Assembly: GCF_964213995.1 (NCBI RefSeq) | Contig: NC_135809.1 | Span: 22,506,001-22,570,000 of the forward strand | Source: Mustelus asterias | Taxonomy: Eukaryota | DNA: 64,000 nt | Direction: 5' to 3' | In this document: piece after piece, positions 58,901 to 64,000 of the stretch | Layout: every line of letters starts with the position of its first letter | Numbering within the stretch: the first letter of the stretch is position 1 | Made by a program: the position numbers and the translations under genes | The notes under the pieces: model-generated | Databases searched by the model: none | What the model was told of the DNA's origin: nothing | Seen by the model: only the letters and a program-made list of their open reading frames with translations

Positions 58901-60175
58901 TCATATTTTAAAACTTTCCGAGATACCAGTTTTAGAATTGTGACAGCCATCATTGTTAAAGTCCAAAACATCAACAGAACTTCAAATCACAAAAACAACA
59001 AAAGAACCTTTTACCTCATTCAAATATTTCCCCGCAAAAAAGGTCCGGTATCCACAATGACGTTGGAGGATAGTTGGGAATGTGTTAGGTTCCTGTGTTT
59101 TCTGCCATGCTTTGCTACTACAGTTTCCTTCTAGTGTGTTATTAAATACACGGTGATTGTGTGGATACTTCCCAGTTAGGATACTGGCTCTGCTCGGACA
59201 GCATAGTGGGCTGGCCACATACTGAACAAAAAAAAAACAGATACGCGTCAAAACATATTTCAATTGTACATTCTACATTTAAGTAAGGCTTTCTTTATAT
59301 AAAAAGACGACATTTATTTAGAGCACAAAACCCAATTTGTTTATTCTCTTGGGTCTGAGAAACTTTTTTAAAAAAACTTAAGTTGCGAGATGATTTTTAA
59401 TATAATAAATTACTTACTGTTAAACCCAATCAAGAAAGCACACAAATAGGAATGTTCCCGGTCATATCAAATGGACAAGGAGCTCCAAAACCACATTGCA
59501 CAAATGTAAAAACTTATTTTAAAAAAAGACAGCTCACCACATTATTAAATGTTGTTCCAAGGTCTCCAAGAAGTTTTCTGGTTTTCTTCAATGGTGTCTG
59601 TAGAAAACAAAATGGGTTCAAGCTTAATACGTTTAATTCTGATTTGTTTGGTTTAAATGCTTTAGGAGAATCATGGAAACTTTAACACACTTAACTAGAG
59701 AAAATAGAGAAGTACTTAAGTTGACAATTCATTAAACTTGCATATTAAAGTAGTCACCAAAACATGCAGATGGCTTAAATTGTATGGAAGGATCCATCGT
59801 CACACGGCTAGTGCCCTCAAGCCAGGCCTGGCCCTGCCATCAGGCCTGATTCTGCTAACTACACCAGGTCTGGGCTTATTTGACAGCAGCTAGCATTAAA
59901 AACAAACCAGTCTCTCTCTCTCTGCTGTGTTAAAGCAAGTCACAGCCACTCCGACCTTCCGCTCCCCCAGCGAGGCGCCGCTCCTCTCCCCTCCCCTCCC
60001 CTCCCTCAGCCATTCAAAACCCTCCACTACCGAGCCCCCCTCTGCTCACCATCCCGCCCAGGAGGACATCCTGATCGTCGGTGAGGATCAAGACGATGTT
60101 GGGCCGCTTCGAGCTGACCTCCTGGACAGCAGCAGAGAGAAACAAGAGAGCGAGTGCACAAGGAAGTGAAGCCAT
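40872..60175 (-). CDS. GNS: N-acetylglucosamine-6-sulfatase, 14 coding exons, 1590 nt / 529 aa
   Basis: Exons 60175-60050, 59597-59538, 59221-59015, 54407-54342, 53690-53592, 52146-51979, 51334-51252, 51161-51043, 49848-49745, 48333-48232, 47961-47851, 44107-43997, 41385-41225, 40944-40872 splice in frame; signal peptide, [12 protein letters not shown], formylglycine motif [31 protein letters not shown]. Confidence 0.97.
41225..41385 (-). CDS. GNS: GNS exon 13
   Basis: [53 protein letters not shown]. Confidence 0.95.
41980..43460 (-). mobile_element. Old L2-like LINE remnant, interrupted at 42105-42331
   Basis: caaggcactttacagg...; reverse frame contains [12 protein letters not shown] (L2 RT-like). 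Confidence 0.55.
42105..42331 (+). repeat. Inverted duplicate of the GNS proximal 3'UTR (40634-40860)
   Basis: Matches the reverse complement of 40634-40860 over ~227 bp with scattered mismatches. Confidence 0.92.
43997..44107 (-). CDS. GNS: GNS exon 12
   Basis: [37 protein letters not shown]. Confidence 0.95.
44787..47330 (+). mobile_element. 5'-truncated CR1/HER1 LINE ORF2 (APE end, RT), frameshifted and internally deleted
   Basis: [62 protein letters not shown] motifs; CR1 3' tail. Confidence 0.93.
45770..45952. mobile_element. Short palindromic Penelope-like insertion in the CR1
   Basis: TSD ctacaggggaggtc (45756-45769 / 45953-45966); inverted and forward 3' ends of the same family as 60633-61521. 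Confidence 0.85.
47851..47961 (-). CDS. GNS: GNS exon 11
   Basis: [37 protein letters not shown]. Confidence 0.95.
48232..48333 (-). CDS. GNS: GNS exon 10
   Basis: [34 protein letters not shown]. Confidence 0.95.
48980..49560 (+). mobile_element. Old CR1 remnant
   Basis: ctagagtacagtgtgtagttctggtcatcacactataggaagg motif. Confidence 0.65.
49745..49848 (-). CDS. GNS: GNS exon 9
   Basis: [34 protein letters not shown]. Confidence 0.95.
50137..50474 (-). mobile_element. Rex1/Babar LINE 3' fragment
   Basis: Reverse-complement relative of 17435-17780. Confidence 0.8.
50475..50724 (-). mobile_element. HE1/V-SINE, tail type B
   Basis: Reverse copy directly abutting the Rex1 fragment. Confidence 0.85.
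51043..51161 (-). CDS. GNS: GNS exon 8
   Basis: [39 protein letters not shown]. Confidence 0.95.
51252..51334 (-). CDS. GNS: GNS exon 7
   Basis: [27 protein letters not shown]. Confidence 0.95.
51979..52146 (-). CDS. GNS: GNS exon 6
   Basis: [36 protein letters not shown]...NFNIHGK. Confidence 0.93.
52990..53360 (+). mobile_element. Old Deu-domain SINE (SacSINE1-like)
   Basis: tgagggagtactgc...ggtgccatctttc...cctcagatgtacgtgaaagatc motifs. Confidence 0.6.
53592..53690 (-). CDS. GNS: GNS exon 5
   Basis: [33 protein letters not shown]. Confidence 0.95.
54342..54407 (-). CDS. GNS: GNS exon 4
   Basis: [22 protein letters not shown]. Confidence 0.95.
55005..55308 (-). mobile_element. HE1/V-SINE, tail type A
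   Basis: Reverse full-length copy. Confidence 0.88.
56540..56800 (+). mobile_element. HE1/V-SINE, tail type B
   Basis: Head, V-domain and B tail. Confidence 0.85.
57228..57278. mobile_element. Miniature Penelope-like insertion (~50 bp)
   Basis: TSD gctacctaggaggg (57214-57227 / 57279-57292); insert is the inverted end acagtaagaagtttcacaacaccagg plus the terminal cacatcatgg. Confidence 0.75.
59015..59221 (-). CDS. GNS: GNS exon 3 (catalytic Cys/formylglycine motif)
   Basis: [23 protein letters not shown]...[10 protein letters not shown]. Confidence 0.97.
59538..59597 (-). CDS. GNS: GNS exon 2
   Basis: [20 protein letters not shown]. Confidence 0.95.
60050..60175 (-). CDS. GNS: GNS exon 1
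   Basis: [42 protein letters not shown], donor gtgagc. Confidence 0.95.
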
Positions 60176-60258
60176 GTCGCTCTCCGTTCACCCTCCACTC
60201 CGATTTCCTCTCTCTAAATGGAGCTGCCTCCTCTCTGCTTCTTTTCTATGATTCACCG

Positions 60259-60266
60259 GTCACATG
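60259..60266. promoter_or_regulatory. CLEAR/M-box-like E-box (GTCACATG) in the GNS promoter
   Basis: GTCACATG ~85 bp upstream of the ATG; further E-boxes CAGCTG and CACCTG at ~60292-60311. Confidence 0.5.
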
Positions 60267-60732
60267 CGCCTCCAAAACAAGCAAGTAACATCAGCTGATC
60301 ACAGCACCTGGCGAAATCTTCAAAGGGCAATAATAATTCTCAAAGAGAGGATTGCTTATTAAACGCCAATATATTCATACTGAATGCACAATTCTCAGTG
60401 ATCATTTAACATCATGCTGCATCTAGTTGTTAATGTTACTTTTTTTCCGGTGGACCCCACATAATTGCAAAGGATTTCACTTAATTGTGGCTTTAAAACG
60501 GAGGAGTTCGTCTCGGGAGGAAGAGGTGGTGTAGGCTGTTATTGTAACAACTTTGCCACAACGAAATGGTATCTCTTTTAAGATGCCAACTTCATAAACT
60601 AACTCAAACTAACTTAGGGACAAATTAAGAGGTCATGATGTGGAAATGCCGGCGTTGGACTGGGGTAAACACAGTAAGAAGTTTAACAACACCAGGTTAA
60701 AGTCCAACAGGTTTATTTGGTAGCAAAAGCCA

Positions 60733-60769
60733 CACAAGCTTTCGAGGCTCTGAGCCCCTTCTTCAGGTG
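60733..60769 (-). ncRNA. Minimal hammerhead ribozyme motif (left arm)
   Basis: Reverse complement of 61428-61464. Confidence 0.75.
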
Positions 60770-61427
60770 AGTGGGAATTCTGTTCACAAACAGAACTTAT
60801 AAAGACACAGACTCAATTTACATGAATAATGGTTGGAATGCGAATACTTACAACTAATCCAGTCTTTAAGAAACAAAACAATGGGAGTGGAGAGAGCATC
60901 AAGACAGGCTAAAAAGATGTGTATTGTCTCCAGACAAGACAGCCAGTGAAACTCTGCAGGTCCACGCAACTGTGGGAGTTACAAATAGTGTGACATAAAC
61001 CCAATATCCCGGTTGAGGCCGTCCTTGTGTGTGCGGAACTTGGCTATCAGTTTTGCGGTCACGGGCATTCGGCCTCTGATATTCGGGTAAGCGTTCTCCA
61101 AGGCGGCCTTCGCGACACACGACAGCGCAGAGTCGCTGAGCAGAAACTGATAGCCAAGTTCCGCACACACAAGGACAGCCTCAACCGGGATATTGGGTTT
61201 ATGTCACACTATTTGTAACTCCCACAGTTGCGTGGACCTGCAGAGTTTCACTGGCTGTCTTGTCTGGAGACAATACACATCTTTTTAGCCTGTCTTGATG
61301 CTCTCTCCACTCCCATTGTTTTGTTTCTTAAAGACTGGATTAGTTGTAAGTATTCGCATTCCAACCATTATTCATGTAAATTGAGTCTGTGTCTTTATAA
61401 GTTCTGTTTGTGAACAGAATTCCCACT

Positions 61428-61464
61428 CACCTGAAGAAGGGGCTCAGAGCCTCGAAAGCTTGTG
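61428..61464 (+). ncRNA. Minimal hammerhead ribozyme motif (right arm)
   Basis: CAC-CTGAAGA-AGGGGCTC a GAGCCTC-GAAA-GCTT-GTG. Confidence 0.75.
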
Positions 61465-61534
61465 TGGCTTTTGCTACCAAATAAACCTGTTGGACTTTAA
61501 CCTGGTGTTGTTAAACTTCTTACAAATTAAGAGG

Positions 61535-61805
61535 GGCAGCTCCCCAAAAGGAAGGGGGAACAGCCCGAACCAAAAACCAAGTCGAAAGGAAACTTAAAAC
61601 ATCAAACCAAAAGGTGATTATCGGGGTCGATAATACACCCCAGCCCCTGCGGTGCCCAGCAGTCGCGGAAGGCATCAACCGCGCCCGTGGACACCGCATG
61701 CTCCCTCTCCAGAGACACCTGGCCGCGAATGTAGCCGCAGTAGAGGGGCAGACAGTCGGGATGGATGGCCCCGTCGATCGCCCGCTGCCTGGACCTATTG
61801 ATGGC
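61535..61805 (-). mobile_element. Tx1/L1-clade LINE 3' end (3'UTR probably split by the Penelope and continuing to ~60570)
   Basis: 61805-61602 translates AINRSRQRAIDGAIHPDCLPLYCGYIRGQVSLEREHAVSTGAVDAFRDCWAPQGLGC...*, resembling Tx1 ORF2 C-termini; CpG-rich. Confidence 0.6.
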
Positions 61806-61865
61806 ACGTCTCGTTTATCCCTCAATTGTCTTTTGTTAATATACAAAGTAACTTTTTCCTAATAT

Positions 61866-62180
61866 CATAGAATCCCTACAGTGCAGAAGGAGGCCATTCG
61901 GCCCATCAAGTCTGCACCGACCACAATCTCACCCAGGCCCTATCCCTGCAACCCCATATATTTGCATTGCTAATTCCCCCTGACCCTAATGGACAATTTT
62001 TCATGGCCAATCCACCTAACTCGCACATCTTTGGACTGTGGGAGGAAACCAGAGCACGCAGAAGAAAAGCACACAGACACAGGGAGAATGTGCAAACTTC
62101 ACACAGACAGTGACCCAAGCCAGGAATTGAACCTGGGTCCCTGGTGCTGTGAGGCAGCAGTGCGAACCACTGTGCCATCA
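61866..62180 (-). mobile_element. HE1/V-SINE, tail type A
   Basis: Reverse full-length copy. Confidence 0.88.
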
Positions 62181-62749
62181 GGGTTGTTTCAATGATAGGT
62201 AGAAGGGGACAAGGATAATGATCATCAGAAAGATATGTACAGATGGGGGAAGTCATTGACCCTGACTTTCCCACTGAATCCAGCGGGGAAAAATTCACCA
62301 GAAAAAATGTAGTAATCTGTTAGGCCCCACTGATTCCTCCAGGCGCATCACTTACAAGTAAAATATTGATAAGGAGTTGGAACAGGGGAAGTCACAATGC
62401 TGAGTGGCCACATCCCTTGGCACAGAAGGACATCTAGCATCTTGGAGATTGGTATAAAACCGGAAAATGTTGGAATCACTCAGCAAGTGAAGCAAAGTCT
62501 GTGGAGACATGTCAAGCCAATGACCTTTCATCAGAACTGAAGGTTGGTATGTTTCCCATATATGAGACATGCAGAGCGACAGACCTAGCCAGACACAACT
62601 TGAAGAATCTTCCTTGAGCCAACTAGACTATCCATTATCAGTACTTTCAGACTTGCATCCATTAGTAGACTTTTAGGAGTAGGCATTGGTCTGTCCCCTA
62701 GGGATGTGAATGAAATGCATTTTGGCAATTCTAAAATATTCATTTATTT

Positions 62750-63033
62750 ATTATTTATTAGTCACAAGTAGGCTTACATTCACACTATAATGAAGTTACT
62801 GTGAAAATCCCCTAGTTGCCACACTCCGGTGCTTGTTCAGGTACACTGAGGGAAAATTTAACATGGCCAATGCACCTAACCTGCACATCTTTGGACTGTG
62901 GGAGGCAACCAGAGCACCCAGAAGAAACCCACACAAACATGGGAGAATGTGCAAACTCCACACAGACAGTGGCCCAAGCCGGGAATCAAACCCGGTTCCC
63001 TAGCGCTGTGAAGCAACAGTGCTAACCACTGTG
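62750..63033 (-). mobile_element. HE1/V-SINE, tail type B
   Basis: Reverse copy. Confidence 0.85.
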
Positions 63034-63111
63034 AGAGGCAAGAAAAATACTTCATGAAGAGAGAGTTCCATCCTCAGAAAAAAAAGAATACTCAAGTGGC
63101 AGGGTGTTTGA

Positions 63112-63424
63112 GGGCGGCCTGGTGGCACAATGGTTCGCACTGCTGCCTTACAGCTCTAGGGACCTAGGTTCAAGTCCGGCCTTGGGTGACTGTCTGTGTG
63201 GAGTTTGCACATTCTCCCTGTGTCTGCATGGGTTTCCCCCAGGTGCTCTGATTTCCTCCCACAGTCCAAAGATGTATAAGTTAGATGGATTAGACATAGT
63301 AAATGTGTGGGGTTACAGAGATAGGACAGGAAAGAGGGTCTGGGTAAGATACTCTGTCAGAGAGTTGATGCAGACCTGATGGGCCGAATAGCCTCTTCTG
63401 CATTGTAGAGATTCTATGATTCTA
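63112..63424 (+). mobile_element. HE1/V-SINE, tail type A
   Basis: Forward full-length copy, head-to-head with 62750-63033. Confidence 0.88.
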
Positions 63425-63569
63425 AGCAAAATTTGAATTTTGAATAATGTGCCTGCAAACTGTGCTGCAATGCATTAGAGAAGGAGTGACCATTGTCAGA
63501 ATTATAGCTTTACAAAACAGAAAAAAGTCAGTTGGCTCATTACATCTGAACTGGTTGTTTTCTGAAACA

Positions 63570-63990
63570 ATCAAAAACTAATCCCACTGCCTGCACCCTG
63601 GATACTCATCTGCCTCAAATATTTATCCACTTCATCCTTAAAATCTGCAACAGTCTCCAATTCAACCACCCTCTGAGACATAGTACTCCATGCTCCAATA
63701 AAGCTCTGCATGAATACAGTTATCTTGACCTTGCTCTCAGTAACAATCTTACATTGATAATCCCGCATCGATGACGTACCAGCCAAAGGAAATAACCAAT
63801 TTTTACTCACCCGATCAGAATTCCTAAAAGTAAAAACCACGAAGATCTCTCCTAACCTTCTCTGCTGCAAATTATCTCAAGTCTTTCATTATAACTATAG
63901 CTTTCCATCTCTAACATCATCGCAGTAAATCTGTGTTGTAAATTCTCTGTTATTTTAATGCACATTCCAAAACTGCACTGAACAGAACTC
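63570..63990 (-). mobile_element. Old CR1 remnant
   Basis: QQRRLG...W..MSQRVVE...FKDEVDKYL translation. Confidence 0.6.
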
Positions 63991-64000
63991 TAATGGTGGC

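Larger units (their letters stand above)
60633..61521. mobile_element. Palindromic Penelope-like element
   Basis: TSD acaaattaagagg (60620-60632 / 61522-61534); near-perfect inverted arms of ~380 bp; GIY-YIG end IRVSVLQGGLRDTRQRRVAEQKLIAKFRTHKDSLNRDIGFMSHYL. Confidence 0.88.

Overview
AT-rich, repeat-dense vertebrate genomic DNA. HE1/V-SINEs, HER1-type CR1 LINEs and Deu-type SINEs point to a shark or other elasmobranch (inference). Three intron-containing genes lie on the minus strand, reconstructed by hand from GT-AG splice sites and in-frame translation: the first three coding exons of otogelin-like (OTOGL, 6220 to 5231, continuing off the left edge), a complete RPS16 (146 aa, 5 coding exons plus a 5'TOP non-coding exon), and a complete GNS (N-acetylglucosamine-6-sulfatase, 14 exons, 529 aa). 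Most ORFs in the supplied track are repeat-derived or spurious. The most notable non-genic structures are: (i) four Penelope-like insertions with inverted ends and 13-14 bp target-site duplications, the two large ones carrying minimal hammerhead ribozymes with compensatory stem changes and sitting just upstream of the RPS16 and GNS starts; one is a nested self-insertion that puts two same-strand hammerheads 615 nt apart (retrozyme-like layout); (ii) a ~227 bp inverted copy of the GNS proximal 3'UTR inside GNS intron 12; (iii) a ~290 nt imperfect hairpin flanked by a 9-bp direct repeat in an RPS16 intron; (iv) a candidate upstream exon that would extend OTOGL in frame; (v) HE1 SINEs with one head and two alternative tails. 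No database searches or folding programs were run. Repeat boundaries are approximate.
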